Source of the DNA: TPA_inf: Saccharomyces
Taxonomy: Eukaryota
Assembly: GCA_000146045.2 (NCBI GenBank)
Contig: BK006938.2
Location: forward strand, 1,312,001-1,376,000
Length of the DNA stretch: 64,000 nt
Direction: 5' to 3'
Every line of letters starts with the position of its first letter. The first letter of the stretch is position 1. The notes under the pieces are model-generated. The model was not told where the DNA came from and did not search any database. It saw only the letters and a program-made list of their open reading frames with translations. Below are positions 26,274 to 40,353 of the stretch, piece by piece. The position numbers were made by a program, and so were the translations under genes.

Positions 26274-27386
26274 ATGAATCGTGTTGGTATAGACGTAGAT
26301 CATATGATAGGGGTCCTGCTTCTGGCCGTAGTGGTGGTGTTTTGGGTTGGCGCTTCGTGTTTGACTAATGAATTGCTCGAGACAAACGCGTACAATAAAC
26401 CTTTCTTCCTTACTTATCTAAACATATCATCGTTTGCTCTTTATTTGACGCCAGATCTATGGAGGATAATCCAATCAAGAAGGAAGAGCTTGCAGGAACG
26501 GACAGAACGAACATTACCTATTCACACACAAGAATCTTTTTCAGAGTTCCTACCTTTACTATCTTCAACTCCTTCTACTTCTTCAAATTTGTCTTCGATA
26601 GCGGACACGAAAGTGAAGGATACAATGAGGTTGAGTCTGCTATTTTGCGTCTTGTGGTTCGTGGCAAATTTGGCGGCTAACGCTGCTTTGTCGTATACCA
26701 CAGTGGCTTCGTCAACAATTCTTTCATCGACATCCTCATTTTTTACCTTATTTCTTGCCACTAGTCTAGGAATAGAAACTTTTTCGACAAAAAAACTGCT
26801 GGGGTTATTTGTGTCTTTGTTTGGAATTATCTTAATTGTGATGCAATCCTCGAAGCAACAGGATTCTGTGAGTGCTTCCTCCTTTTTGGTAGGTAACACT
26901 TTAGCACTGCTGGGGTCATTGGGTTACAGTGTCTATACAACCCTTTTGAAATACGAAATATCATCCAAAGGTCTCAGACTAGACATTCAGATGTTTCTTG
27001 GTTATGTTGGTATCTTCACGTTTCTGTTGTTTTGGCCAATTTTAATAATCCTGGATATAACACATATGGAAACTTTTGAACTACCAAGTAACTTCCACAT
27101 TTCTTTTCTTGTCATGTTAAATTGTATCATTATCTTTGTTAGTGACTATTTTTGGTGTAAAGCCCTCATTTTGACATCACCCTTGGTGGTTACCGTTGCC
27201 TTAACTTTTACTATCCCGTTAGCCATGTTCGCTGATTTTGTATGGCGAGAGGCATTTTTTACGCCTTGGTATATCATTGGTGTTATTTTCATTTTTGTTT
27301 CATTCTTTCTAGTTAACCATCGGGGAGAATCTGCTGTTGAAAAGGACTGTGCTGCGGTTGAAAAAGGACCTATCTTGGATGCCTAA
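26274..27386 (+). CDS. THI74: Mitochondrial drug/metabolite (EamA/DMT) family transporter Thi74, 370 aa
   Basis: 370-aa ORF with about 10 predicted transmembrane segments throughout. Length and position fit YDR438W. Confidence 0.72.
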   Translation: MNRVGIDVDHMIGVLLLAVVVVFWVGASCLTNELLETNAYNKPFFLTYLNISSFALYLTPDLWRIIQSRRKSLQERTERTLPIHTQESFSEFLPLLSSTPSTSSNLSSIADTKVKDTMRLSLLFCVLWFVANLAANAALSYTTVASSTILSSTSSFFTLFLATSLGIETFSTKKLLGLFVSLFGIILIVMQSSKQQDSVSASSFLVGNTLALLGSLGYSVYTTLLKYEISSKGLRLDIQMFLGYVGIFTFLLFWPILIILDITHMETFELPSNFHISFLVMLNCIIIFVSDYFWCKALILTSPLVVTVALTFTIPLAMFADFVWREAFFTPWYIIGVIFIFVSFFLVNHRGESAVEKDCAAVEKGPILDA

Positions 27387-27675
27387 CGTGATTATTTCTT
27401 CTTTTTATGCAATTTTTCACATAATATAATTATATGTCTCCCATTTTTATATATTCAAAAGTTAATGTCTATAAATGCCCTATCTGACTTATTGTCTTAT
27501 TTTTTTGCATGGTATGTATATCTTAGAAGCTTTTGAAAGGAAAAGTAAAACAAATAAAAACGGTTCAAGAAAATGATGTGAACCTGATAGAATAAAGTTG
27601 AGGGAGAAAACATATAATTTACTGTGTAACAAGAAGGTTATTAAACATTTCTATTAGGTGCTTCTTCTTTGCCGC

Positions 27676-28719
27676 ATGACAACTTTATTACAGCTCTTGT
27701 CAAATTATTATAAGGCTAAATTAGATTCAGAACGAATATACAATGAATATGTTCAGTCGCAGTATGAGTTTGCATCTTTAGACAAGTTGAACAACAATAA
27801 AGGTGACCCAAAGAAAGTAGTTGATGAGACATTATTTTTGCAGAGGCAAATTGCCCAGCTGAATAAACAGTTACAACTTTCATTTCAAGAGAATGAAAAA
27901 CTATTAAGCGTACAGAAGAATCAAAAAGCTCTTTATCAAAGTAAGTTATCCAGCAAGGATGCATTCATTGATGATTTGAAACTCAAACTGAAAGTCGAGC
28001 AGATATCTGTAGACAAACATAATAAGGAACGGACACCTTCAACAGGCCGTGATGAACAACAGCGTAATTCAAAAGCGGCACATACATCAAAGCCCACAAT
28101 TCATCTTCTTTCGCCAATTGTAAATCGTGATAAGCCTAATAATCAAACGAACGACAGGGGTGGCAACGATCCTGACTCGCCTACATCACAAAGAAGATCA
28201 AGAGGACTGAGATCTTTATTGAGTTCAGGTAAAAATACAATATTTGATTCAATATCCAAAAATCTCGACGATGAGATAAATGAAAATGCGCATATCAGAA
28301 ATGATACCACATCTTCCAAGATAGCTGGCAAATCGCCATCAAGATTATCTGCGCTGCAAAAATCTCCAGAACTGCGTAAAGAAAGGAACAATATGATATT
28401 AAAGGAACACATACTGCGTTCAAAAGATGACCAAAATATCACGTCATCTAGAAAACTGGATAATATCGAGCTATCTAGTATTGGTGACTCTACTGCAATG
28501 ACATCAAGGAGTTCTACCGTTAATGCAAATGACATCTTGGGAAATGAAGAGAACGACGGGATTACAAAGCTGAAAAGAGTTAACAAGTTAACCAGCTCTC
28601 CAGTTAAAAGGGATTGCAGTACAAACAAGAAAAGAAAACTCACAAAGCAGCGAATTGCCACGTTACCCAACTCAGATGAAGAATTGAGTAATAATTTAAA
28701 TGTTGACGAGTTTGTATGA
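27676..28719 (+). CDS. LRS4: Monopolin/RENT-associated nucleolar protein Lrs4, 347 aa
   Basis: An N-terminal coiled-coil (LQRQIAQLNKQLQLSFQENEKLLSVQKNQKAL) is followed by a long S/T/N-rich tail. The native start MTTLLQLLSNYY is the 7th codon of the track ORF, giving 347 aa. Confidence 0.7.
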   Translation: MTTLLQLLSNYYKAKLDSERIYNEYVQSQYEFASLDKLNNNKGDPKKVVDETLFLQRQIAQLNKQLQLSFQENEKLLSVQKNQKALYQSKLSSKDAFIDDLKLKLKVEQISVDKHNKERTPSTGRDEQQRNSKAAHTSKPTIHLLSPIVNRDKPNNQTNDRGGNDPDSPTSQRRSRGLRSLLSSGKNTIFDSISKNLDDEINENAHIRNDTTSSKIAGKSPSRLSALQKSPELRKERNNMILKEHILRSKDDQNITSSRKLDNIELSSIGDSTAMTSRSSTVNANDILGNEENDGITKLKRVNKLTSSPVKRDCSTNKKRKLTKQRIATLPNSDEELSNNLNVDEFV

Positions 28720-29044
28720 GTAACAGCTATCTACGTCCCTGCCCTTCCCTCTCTCTTTTACATACCAACAGTTTAGCATTTTTTTTTATATAAATTACCA
28801 TAAATACTGCCTCAGGCCGCTCAGCTTATATTTTCAAGTCTCTCCATTTGGCTGTTTGAGGTACCCAATTGTTGTATTCTTGATACGGCTGTTTCAACTA
28901 TTCACATAATAAGTGTAGTCTAGTCTCTTCGATGAGCCTTTTATGCACCAAGGGAAATTAAATGAATTTCTACCAAACCTTATTCATTTTGAATTATGTA
29001 GCTCTGACATTTTGTTGTTTTCCTTGCGTGCCCAATGTTGCCAG

Positions 29045-29080
29045 CGTAAAAGTTATCGTAAACGTTATCGTAAACGTTAT
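29045..29080. repeat. Tandem 12-mer (CGTAAACGTTAT) x3 (first copy has one mismatch), each copy carrying a GATAA core on the minus strand; located in the LRS4-DOT1 intergenic region
   Basis: Direct reading gives cgtaaaagttat cgtaaacgttat cgtaaacgttat, followed by ccccgttttgtaaactttat. The reverse complement gives three GATAACG motifs at a 12-bp (about one helical turn) spacing. Confidence 0.9.
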
Positions 29081-29641
29081 CCCCGTTTTGTAAACTTTAT
29101 TGTCTTCGTAAAAAATAGAAACCAACACTTAAAATTGGTCCCATAAAAAATTGAGTCAGTTCCTTCATCGTGGTACAGTCAGAGTATTCTAAATTAATTA
29201 ATTTACTGATAATTTAATAACATGAAGAAGAAAGATTGGATATTGAAGTTATCCACCAGGCACATATAACGCTCTAAATAATATTTGGATGTTGCACTAA
29301 AGTCCACGATGAAGAATAAAAAGCATCACTTGATCGTTCAATGAGCCAATCTTGGAAATTTTGACACCTCTATTAACCAGAACATCCAGCTTGTTGAGAA
29401 CTGTTGGGATAATTCAGAAATGTAACTTTGAAACTCAAATAACTCAAGGAACGGGAGTCTTTCAAGATTTTGGAATAATTTGACCACTTTGTTTTTAAAC
29501 AATTCGAGTGAAGGCCATGCGCTTCTTGTAAGCTTTGTTAATGAATCTATCTTTTAGTTAAAAACATTTCTTTCTTTATCCAATTGAATTATGCCATTCG
29601 ATATTAAATACGACAACAGGAACACTGAAGAACGGGATACT

Positions 29642-29652
29642 CCCCCCCCCCC
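29642..29652. repeat. C11 homopolymer in the LRS4-DOT1 intergenic region
   Basis: tcccccccccccttg counted directly. G/C homopolymers of this length are rare in the AT-rich yeast genome. Confidence 0.9.
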
Positions 29653-30459
29653 TTGTGAATGTGCTACAATAAACAGAATATCGCCACCCGGTCACTTCTT
29701 CTCTCCAATTCTTACTAAATTAGCGATAAATTCTACCCTTTCCATAACTGGCCGTTCTTCTGCAAGAGAATTTTTCCTACTTGAATAGGCATACTTGAAT
29801 CTGAAAAGTAGTCATAGATAGTGAAGTCTGCTTTATTAATAAAATTCCAGGATGTACTCTTGGAGATCGAATCAAGTTCCTAGAAATCCTTTGAGAAAGA
29901 AGCGGTGAATACCCGTAGGTAGGATTTTTTCACGTAATTAAACCGCCTTATCTTATTTGTTGCCAGAAAACTAGAGGATGGAATAAACATATTCCCTAAT
30001 GGTGTGGCATTTACCTGTCTGTCTAGTTTCTGTTAGTGCATTCCAATGTCAGCTGCTTCGCTACATTGTTTCCAATGAAAGCTTGTATTTTCAGAGTCGA
30101 AAGCGTCGTCGCCTCTTTTTATGGATGAAAGAGCTCTGGCATGAATTTTCTCTGTAGTGAAAAAATGTTACGGCTAAAGACCGTAGAGTGACTTTCTTTG
30201 TTTTTCTGTTCTTGAATTTAGACACTTACTTCACAATAGTATAACAAGCCAGAAACTAAGTAATGATTTACGTGCCATTTTTTTTAGCAATATATGCATA
30301 ATCCTGCTGACGCCTTCGCACGCGTCAATGAAAAGGGACATTGAAAAATCGACCGGTAAGTGCTTTCAATGAGATAAACATAATTCGAATATAGGGCATC
30401 TCGTCGTCTTAATTGCCTTGAAAAATAACTGAGGTCCTCATCAAGGAGGTCACCAGTAA

Positions 30460-32241
<1,782 letters not shown>

Positions 32242-32516
32242 GGCACTTTGAACGGCTTTTAACGATGAGTATGAATAACTAAGTAGAAATAACATGTACA
32301 CAAGTGTAACTTATAAAAATCAAAAAATAAAAAAATAGAAAGGGAGAGAATAAGAGTAGGTAATAATATGAATTAAAAGAAGGATAAGGCGCCGTGGACC
32401 AGGTACCTAAAAAGTAAAGTACCAGTTTATATTAACAAAAGAAGTTCAAGCTAAAAAGTAGCAATATGCGAAGGAAAGGAAAATAATTGAAGGAGGAGGC
32501 AGAGAACAAATTTAAA

Positions 32517-33062
32517 TCAGGAGTGCAATATGGAAAAAATAGGAGCAGATAATTTCTCCTCACCATGTAGACTATCTAACACTAGCACAAAGTCATATTC
32601 CAGAATATGAGCACCCACTTGTCTGATAAGGTCGCCCGCAGCATATGCCGTTCCACCGGTGGCGAGAACATCATCCACGACAACCACGTTGGAATCAAAG
32701 GGAATGGCTTCAACCTGCATTTCAAAAATTTCTTCATGGTCTAATTTTGTGAATGTTATAGAAGCACACTCACCCGGCAATTTTCCAACTCTCCTTATTG
32801 GAACAAATCCAACTCCCAATGCCAGTGCTAGGGATGGCCCAAATAGAAGGCCTCTAGCTTCTATACCTGCAATAAAGTCGATCTTTTCTTTGCCGAACTT
32901 TTCTTCTAAATGCGTCTTGAACGTGTGTACCAACTTTTGGAATAGCGTGGGGTTGCCAATAATAGGTAAAAAATCCTCAAATTGCTCACCCTCTATGGGA
33001 AAGTCAGTGAACTGCCTAAATGCAGTTTTTATTTCCTTTGCGTAAGATTCAGAAATAGACAT
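32517..33062 (-). CDS. APT2: Adenine phosphoribosyltransferase paralogue Apt2, 181 aa
   Basis: PRPP-binding motif VVVVDDVLATGGTA is visible. The native start MSISESYAKEIK is the 14th codon of the track ORF, giving 181 aa. Confidence 0.83.
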   Translation of the reverse strand: MSISESYAKEIKTAFRQFTDFPIEGEQFEDFLPIIGNPTLFQKLVHTFKTHLEEKFGKEKIDFIAGIEARGLLFGPSLALALGVGFVPIRRVGKLPGECASITFTKLDHEEIFEMQVEAIPFDSNVVVVDDVLATGGTAYAAGDLIRQVGAHILEYDFVLVLDSLHGEEKLSAPIFSILHS

Positions 33063-33675
33063 AATGAGAGGCGGACAGGCAATGAACAGGCATATACACA
33101 CGCACTCTCTTTTTTTAAGGAGCGAAAATTATCTGAACGATTGGTATGAACGGGTGCAAAATTTACTTTAACACCCAAAAAGTATATGCGTATATATATA
33201 TATTTATCCTTGTTATTTTTGTAAATTGAGCTATGCAACATAAGATTCCTGCGATGTAAGAACTACTTGCTAATCAAGAGAACTTCAACAATTTTCCATC
33301 GCAGAGACGAAAAAACTGGAAAAAAATAAAAAGAAAAAATTGAAAAAGAATCGCGACTTCCGATTACATAACCTTATACGGAGTATGATACCATTCTTGA
33401 CATCATCAACACACCATCGCAGACCCACGTGGCCGCTTCGTGTGCCTTGAAAATACAGCCTTAAACGCAATCTCATTCGCGTTCTGTGGAAATTGTCTCG
33501 GACTACACGCTGGGCGTGCATCACCAGTGAAAATGCCGTACCGCCCCGCTTCCGGTTTTGTTTTTATAAATCCGACTGGAGAAATAGACTTCTGGGTTTA
33601 CACCCCGGAATAATACTAAAACCAAAACTGGTAAATAGGGCTACAGATGAGCAGGAAAACGTTGCCGGAAAAAGT

Positions 33676-36600
33676 TTATTTATCCGAGAGAATAATTGAT
33701 GAAGAAGTAGCGGTATGCACAGTAGCGGCGGAAGTATTAGCAATTTTTACTCTGGTGTGCACAAGAGTGTTCATCATTTTTTTCACGGCTAGGATATGCC
33801 ATGGAATATGGCCATCTTCGCCATCAGAGAGACCGTACCACACGTTTAGAGCAGCCAGGTTGCGAAACTCTTCTAAGATGGTTTCCAGCAATTGTGTACT
33901 ATCAGAATGTGGACAGTTTAAAAGGTTGACTGCGAATTTGTCCCAAACCGTATCACCGTCGCATTTTTTGAATTTGATCAAAGCACCACTCCTAATAGCA
34001 CAGCGATGCTGTGAGTGTGCCAGTGGGAACGGGTGCTGAAATACTATTCCATGGATGTCCTGGTCTATATCCCTTATTTCATAGTCGTATAATCTGGTCA
34101 TATCCATGCGTCCTCCAAACCTAGTGTCTTTGTAGATCGGCTTGAAACTAGGGTACAATTTGTCCTCATCTATGAAGGAGATTTTAGAGTTGTCATCCAC
34201 ACACACCACAGCAAGATGTATATTCCTACCAGAAAGTCTCCTCCAATTCATCAATTCATCATCCGGCAGTATGCCATTCAATCTAGTTAAAATTAGACAT
34301 ATTTTTCCGAATTTTTTAGACGCTAAATTTAGGGCGATATTCCATATTTGATTACATGCGTCGTCAAATTTTCCTCTGGAATTCCCGACGTACCACGTTT
34401 TCGTCATGCTGCCTTGTCCATAGCTATCTGAAAGAGCTGCAAAAACCCACTCTTTATCTACACTACGCGAGTATGCCAGGTGGATGTACGAGTCATAATA
34501 TATTATAGAAGATGATCCTGTACTGTTATTCTGCTGCTGCTGTTGCTGTTGCTGTTGCTGTTGCATTTGCTGTTGCTGCATGGTTCTGAAATTCACTTTC
34601 TCCGGCAGCGTATGCGCAATGTGGGTGAACTTTACAGATTTTGGCGGCAGCATGTTATATATAGAAATTGCTACGTTGACGTACTGATCCACTGTCACCA
34701 GTACGTTTCTAATGAAATCCATAGGAATAACTTTCAAATATAGTTCAATGTTAGGCATCTTGGCACAAACTTCGTTCTTGATCACCTGAAAAATATTCGC
34801 CTTGTCTACTAATTCAGTCAGAGTTGCATTATCCAAGGGTAAAATTATTAATATTGGTGGCACGTTTTTGATGGAGTTCTTATTATTAGAACAGTATGAA
34901 ACAATCTGCGCAGCTAACAACAGTAACTTGTTTTTATCAAATGCCTTCAAGTACATCAGTCCGGGCGGGTCTTCATTAGTTAGTTTAAGCAACTCACAAA
35001 ACCCTAACTCTTGATTAATATATGTTTGAGATAGAGTTGGCGCAAATGACAGACAATCTTCTTTGAAAGATGAACTTAATAATAAGGATTTGAAGTTTTT
35101 TATTCCATTTGGAGGGCGAAAATTGAGGAACTTAATAAATGGCTGAGAGTCGTGTTTGACTTTGATTAGTTCGTGATGTTTCTTTACAAAAACGTACGGC
35201 TGCTTCATGTTATAGAATTTGGAGATCGTATCATTGCCATTTAATCTATCGAAAGTGGAAAATAACTGTAACATTGTGGTTGTTATTAAACCTTCTTGGC
35301 AATCTTTAACTCCCCTATAGGCGATCTTTGGAATACCGAGGTTTCCTAAGATATTATAATCAGTGACGACTTGTTCTGCAATTAAATCTAAGATGTCTTG
35401 TTCTTTTTCTGAAATTGTAACAACGGGAGTAGGCGTGATGAAAATGTCCGGTATAGATGCTAGCGGCATGTGTCTCAATAGAAACGGTAGACTACTTGAT
35501 GATTCAAAAGATAAATTGGGGTCCGCCGGTGTGAATTCGGGGATACCACTCTTGTCTTTTGGTAGGTTAGAAATTTCAGAATTTACCATATTCGGCGTAA
35601 ATTCGGACGGATTACTGGTAACATTATTATCTTCCAAGGTCATCTTTATATTGGATTCTATGGGTTGAATAGATGAATCAACGGTCTTCAGTGGTGACTC
35701 GGTCTGTGGTATATCATTTTGAGGAATTTTCCAAATAGAGTTGAAGCCTTCCTTATTGCTAGTGATATTAGCATCGTTTACTGAATTGAAATTTTCTTGC
35801 TTTATAATAGAGTCTTGTAGACTTGGGATCGAAGAGTAATTTATGTATTGAGGCTCATGAATATTAGTATTAGTACTGATGTTATCAGAAGGTTTCATGT
35901 CGTCGCGTACGTTCAATGACTTTAGATCCTCATCGCTGCTACCGTTCTCTTCTTCATCCTCTTCCTCTTCAGAGCTAGAAAGATCCGCCATAGAAATATC
36001 AAAGTTTAATGCTTCCTCCTTTTGCAACGGACTGAAGGAAAATTTCCCTCCAGATTTGTATTTGTTATCAACATTGTTTTCTATTATGGGGTTAAAATTC
36101 AGTGGAGCGAACACACTTTTGCGTCTATCGCGGGGTGTTTCCACAGGGAGTGGCGCACCTGGGTCCATATATAATGGACTCGTTGGCAAGGTCATTTCAT
36201 CTATCGGAATATCCAAATATTTCCTCTTTCCATTTAATCTTTTTGTAGTTCCGCTCATCGTACGGATATTCGGTTTTTCAGATGAGGGAAAAAATGGAAT
36301 ATCTTTACCAAGATCAGTATGCATTTCCTTGTTATTTTTATTAATGCTTTTATTGTTATTATTTTCTTCTTCATCAGACATTTCGAACATATCCTCGGTA
36401 ATTTCGTCCGATATACTTTTGTTCGATTCGTTTGTAGAATTCGATTTATTGCTATCGCCAAATAAATCCTCATCCTCATCCTCACCAAACAATTCCTTGT
36501 CTACCATAGAGTCACTTTTATCACTTGGCAGATTTTCGTTCTGTTCTCGTTGTTCCAGTGTTCCCTCTTTATTATGAAGTGTGTCTACGCTTCCTGTCTT

Positions 36601-37938
36601 GCTCACGGAATTATTTACCTTTTCGAGTGATCTACCATTTGCCTCCAGTTCCGTTTTCAGTGGGCTGTTCTCTAAGTCATTTGATACTGTAGTTTGTTTC
36701 CTATCATTAAATAATTCATTCTCATTGATGTTATTATTAGGGGTATTTAAGAAAGCTGGAGCAAATTGATCGCTGGGCGACAGCATTAATTTATCAATGC
36801 CTGTGAAATTAGGGGAGAAATCTTTCGGAGATATCTTATTAGTTTCTTGGACAGAATGATAAGAAGCGGGTTGAGAACTAATTGAGTTGTTCTTATAATG
36901 TTGAAACTGTTCTGTATATGCTCCATCTGAGCTTAAGGGATTTGTACCAGCAATATTACTGCTCAATACGCCGGAACTTCCTGGAGTCCTATAGGCAGCT
37001 GTTTGCTTTAATTGTATGAAATCATCAATGGCATCCAGAGCATCTTGCAAACAGTGAAATTCTGATGGATCTCCGGAAGTAGAATTTTCTATATCAGCTA
37101 CTGGTTGGGCGAAGATTAAATGCAGCGGCCATACTAGCTTCTTTGCTTCAAGTAAGGGAGTTAAATACGAAGCTATAGTAGGTGTGTGGCCGTTGAGATG
37201 TCCTAAGTCAGGAACAACAGCAACCCATTTCAAATTTTTTTTATTTTGTAAGTTTATACCATGAGATACACTTAACGTCGTCAAGAGAAGTTCTGTATGT
37301 TTTGGTGGCGTTATCAAGTATCCTTGCTTGGAAGCAGGGGCCAAATGCATCCTTATTCCAGATGGTGCTAAATAAAGCGCATGCTTTGAAAGGAAAGATT
37401 CTTCCAAATTTTCCTCCTTCATTGGTACTAATCCCATGTTCTTGGCACATAACGACACTGTGAGATCTCCGTTTACAAAAAGGTGTGGTTCTAGCTGTAC
37501 GAGATAATTTGGCACTCCGCTTAATGATATGCAGGCATTCCCAAATTGTATTAGCTTATTGTGTGAACCTAATGCCAAATTAATGTAAATTTTCCTTCTT
37601 AAAGCTTTTAAAAAAAGAGCATAGTGTGGCGGTAAGTTTGGCTTTGAATAATCGGCAGTGAAAGTTCCGATTTTATCTGGGCTCACTGGTTTATGTTCTA
37701 TCGCAGGAGGTGTCGGTACCGGATCATCATTTATACTGAAACACCATAAATCCCTTGAAAGCAGCGCAACTAGAGTCTTTGGATCCTGCTTCCGTAGCAT
37801 GAATTCCATTTGGATAGACCATTGATCGTTTTGGGCTTTAGAAATGTACTGATGATAGTTGATCTTTTTGATTTTCTCCACTCTATAGAAGCTGGATAAA
37901 ACATCCTCAAGTCTGTACGTGGAAGCGTCAGAACTCAT
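33676..37938 (-). CDS. SSN2: Mediator kinase-module subunit Med13 (Ssn2/Srb9), 1420 aa
   Basis: 1420-aa ORF with an internal poly-Q (QQQMQQQQQQQQQQQ) and long acidic/Ser-rich disordered stretches. Length and N-terminus MSSDASTYRLEDVLSSFYRVEK match my recollection of Ssn2 (YDR443C). Confidence 0.85.
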   Translation of the reverse strand: MSSDASTYRLEDVLSSFYRVEKIKKINYHQYISKAQNDQWSIQMEFMLRKQDPKTLVALLSRDLWCFSINDDPVPTPPAIEHKPVSPDKIGTFTADYSKPNLPPHYALFLKALRRKIYINLALGSHNKLIQFGNACISLSGVPNYLVQLEPHLFVNGDLTVSLCAKNMGLVPMKEENLEESFLSKHALYLAPSGIRMHLAPASKQGYLITPPKHTELLLTTLSVSHGINLQNKKNLKWVAVVPDLGHLNGHTPTIASYLTPLLEAKKLVWPLHLIFAQPVADIENSTSGDPSEFHCLQDALDAIDDFIQLKQTAAYRTPGSSGVLSSNIAGTNPLSSDGAYTEQFQHYKNNSISSQPASYHSVQETNKISPKDFSPNFTGIDKLMLSPSDQFAPAFLNTPNNNINENELFNDRKQTTVSNDLENSPLKTELEANGRSLEKVNNSVSKTGSVDTLHNKEGTLEQREQNENLPSDKSDSMVDKELFGEDEDEDLFGDSNKSNSTNESNKSISDEITEDMFEMSDEEENNNNKSINKNNKEMHTDLGKDIPFFPSSEKPNIRTMSGTTKRLNGKRKYLDIPIDEMTLPTSPLYMDPGAPLPVETPRDRRKSVFAPLNFNPIIENNVDNKYKSGGKFSFSPLQKEEALNFDISMADLSSSEEEEDEEENGSSDEDLKSLNVRDDMKPSDNISTNTNIHEPQYINYSSIPSLQDSIIKQENFNSVNDANITSNKEGFNSIWKIPQNDIPQTESPLKTVDSSIQPIESNIKMTLEDNNVTSNPSEFTPNMVNSEISNLPKDKSGIPEFTPADPNLSFESSSSLPFLLRHMPLASIPDIFITPTPVVTISEKEQDILDLIAEQVVTDYNILGNLGIPKIAYRGVKDCQEGLITTTMLQLFSTFDRLNGNDTISKFYNMKQPYVFVKKHHELIKVKHDSQPFIKFLNFRPPNGIKNFKSLLLSSSFKEDCLSFAPTLSQTYINQELGFCELLKLTNEDPPGLMYLKAFDKNKLLLLAAQIVSYCSNNKNSIKNVPPILIILPLDNATLTELVDKANIFQVIKNEVCAKMPNIELYLKVIPMDFIRNVLVTVDQYVNVAISIYNMLPPKSVKFTHIAHTLPEKVNFRTMQQQQMQQQQQQQQQQQNNSTGSSSIIYYDSYIHLAYSRSVDKEWVFAALSDSYGQGSMTKTWYVGNSRGKFDDACNQIWNIALNLASKKFGKICLILTRLNGILPDDELMNWRRLSGRNIHLAVVCVDDNSKISFIDEDKLYPSFKPIYKDTRFGGRMDMTRLYDYEIRDIDQDIHGIVFQHPFPLAHSQHRCAIRSGALIKFKKCDGDTVWDKFAVNLLNCPHSDSTQLLETILEEFRNLAALNVWYGLSDGEDGHIPWHILAVKKMMNTLVHTRVKIANTSAATVHTATSSSIILSDK
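34531..34580 (-). repeat. CAG/CAA trinucleotide tract (read as CTG/TTG on the plus strand) encoding the Med13 poly-glutamine run
   Basis: Plus strand reads ctgctgctgctgttgctgttgctgttgctgttgcatttgctgttgctgcat, about 16 uninterrupted triplets with a mixed CAG/CAA composition. Confidence 0.9.
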
Positions 37939-38289
37939 ACTACCTCCTCAGATCTTGATATCCAGCTTAAACGTTCTTAAAATATAGTTACACCTTACTT
38001 CAACAAAGTAATTTCCGATTTCACACCATTCGTCTTAAAGGGTTGTTGTAAGAGTGTACTACAATAAATACTACACTACTTGATCCGGCACTACCCGGTC
38101 CCTCCACCTGAAAAAATGTTTCAATTCTTCGCTTTGTTAAGCGCGAATATATCGATGCTATTTTCTAAGGATTGTTTATTCAGTATGATAAAACAATGAA
38201 CAGCAGGAAATGCGGAGGAGAATCACTTACTCGGCTGTTATTCATCTTCTTATTATAAAAGAATTGCTCCATTTTGGTTCGATCCCTTA

Positions 38290-40353
38290 ATGCCTTACAA
38301 AATCAACCGAATGAAAAATTCGCTCGAGATAAATGAAACCGGAGGTACCTTATTGGTTGATGAGCGGAAGAGATTAAGAATAGGTGAGTTATATCGCTAC
38401 AAGTTTTCCGTGAACAAAGATGTAATTAAGGAACAAGGGCTAGATGTATCGCATCTATTCTTGAGGATCAAGAACGAGGAAAGCGCGCTTCTGCGACCGC
38501 TTTATTTGACGGGGCCATATTCTTTTTACATCGATGTTAGGCCGCATAACTATAATGAGAATCGCAAGTTTCCAGGGAAGGAAATTATTCCATTTGTTGA
38601 AAATCTAAAGCCGGACGAAAGATTTAAAGTAAAAATATTATTGAATGAGAATTCTAGAGTTGGCGACACTTCTCTTTATTCATGGACAATAGATATAATT
38701 TCGCAGTTGGCGGTAACCACAATTCCGAAGCTGGAATTTTCGTTTAGGATAGGGACTACAAGGAAGGTGGTCAAGAAATCGAATGGGCTCTTTAAGAGTA
38801 TTGAAGGTGTCTCTTTAGAGATGTGGGATACTGAAACCCTTTGGGATTTACCACCAAAATTTCCAGAAAAGCCTGTACATCTCGTTATTATGACACATGG
38901 TATATTTTCTAATATCGGGTGTGATATGCTATATATGAAAGATAAAATTGAAGAAATGACGTTTCCTATGGATGAGTCTATTAATCCGAATATAATTGTT
39001 CGAGGTTTTATGGGCAACGTCGGGAAATCAGGTCACGGTATACATTGCTTGGGCGTTAGAGTTGGAAAGTATGTGCTTGAGACTGTTGATAAGTTGAATA
39101 AAAAGTACAAAGTAGACAGGATATCATTCATTGGCCATTCCCTAGGAGGGCCAACTCAATCCATGGCGGTGCGTTACATAAGTATTAAAAGACCAGATTT
39201 TTTTGATGCAGTTAAAGGTGTTAAACCCGTTAATTTTATTACGTTAGCTAGTCCTTTCATCGGTGTTATTGGCGACTTCCCCTTTTATTTGTCTGTTCCA
39301 CTGGATATGGGCGCGCTTGGTTTGACAGGAAGGGACTTGAATTTAAAATATACACCGTTAACGTCCAAAGATGGGTTGTATGCAGACGATGAAGTGTACC
39401 CAGAACATTCCAAGTACATATTAGAAATTCTTCCACAGGCGCCGGCTAAAAAAGTATTTGAGTCTTTTAAGAGGAGAACGATATATGCCAATGTCATGGA
39501 TGATGGTATTGTTCCATTACGAACTGCTGCACTTTTGTATCTGGATTGGCGAAGCATACACAAAGTCCAGAAAATTAGGAAAAAAAATAAGAACTCTCCA
39601 ACTTCAAGCGAGTTTGTGTCCTCCGATAGCCCAGAGAGTAGTGGAGCATCATCACCTTCAAACGAAAATGGTAACAACGTCGGGGAGATTCCTGCAGAAA
39701 GTCCAAACAAAAAAGCGACGTTGCAGTGGACTTTACCTCAGGCCGTTATCCACGGAAGTAAAATAAATAAATATAAGAGAGGACAAACTAATGAAGCCAA
39801 CTCAGATTCGGATAATGAACAAGGAGTATTTCTTGATGGTCAAAAGTTCGAACCTCCAAAAGAAGCCAATACTGTATTGTCTGCATTATCGGTATTGACA
39901 GCTGCCATACCAGATCAGGAGTATATCAAAAACCCGGCTGTAAGGAAAGATGAAGTCATTCATGATAAACTTTATCACCCGGAAGAATTACCTCCGCCGC
40001 ATTATGAGAATAGGCCTATCGTTAAGAAGCTTATATATCCTAATGAGAGTGTCAACAGGATTCAAGAGCGCATTGCTAGAGAATGGCAAGAAACGATGAC
40101 TTGGAGAAAAGTATTAGTGCAGATCCAGCCTGATTCCCATAACAATATCGTAGTAAGAAGAAGATTTGTTAATTTATACGGCTATGTTGCTGTGGAACAC
40201 ATGGTTGAGCACCATTTCGGATCCAAGGTTTGTAGCGAGCTGGCTGAAGATGCAAATGAGCCAAAAGATGAGCCAAACCAGTCATCGCAAGCGGACCGGT
40301 CGAATGAGTATAACGAGGGGGAAATATCAAAGGGCGCGGAGAATGCCACATGA
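38290..40353 (+). CDS. Putative lipase / alpha-beta hydrolase of the DUF676 family (YDR444W-like), 687 aa
   Basis: 687-aa ORF with GxSxG nucleophile motif (FIGHSLGGP) in a lipase-like core. Position and length correspond to uncharacterised ORF YDR444W. Confidence 0.78.

Noticed and set aside
35879-36577. 232-aa plus-strand ORF inside SSN2
   Set aside because: Antisense of the acidic/Ser-rich SSN2 region (its translation is poly-S/L). No start-context or motif support.
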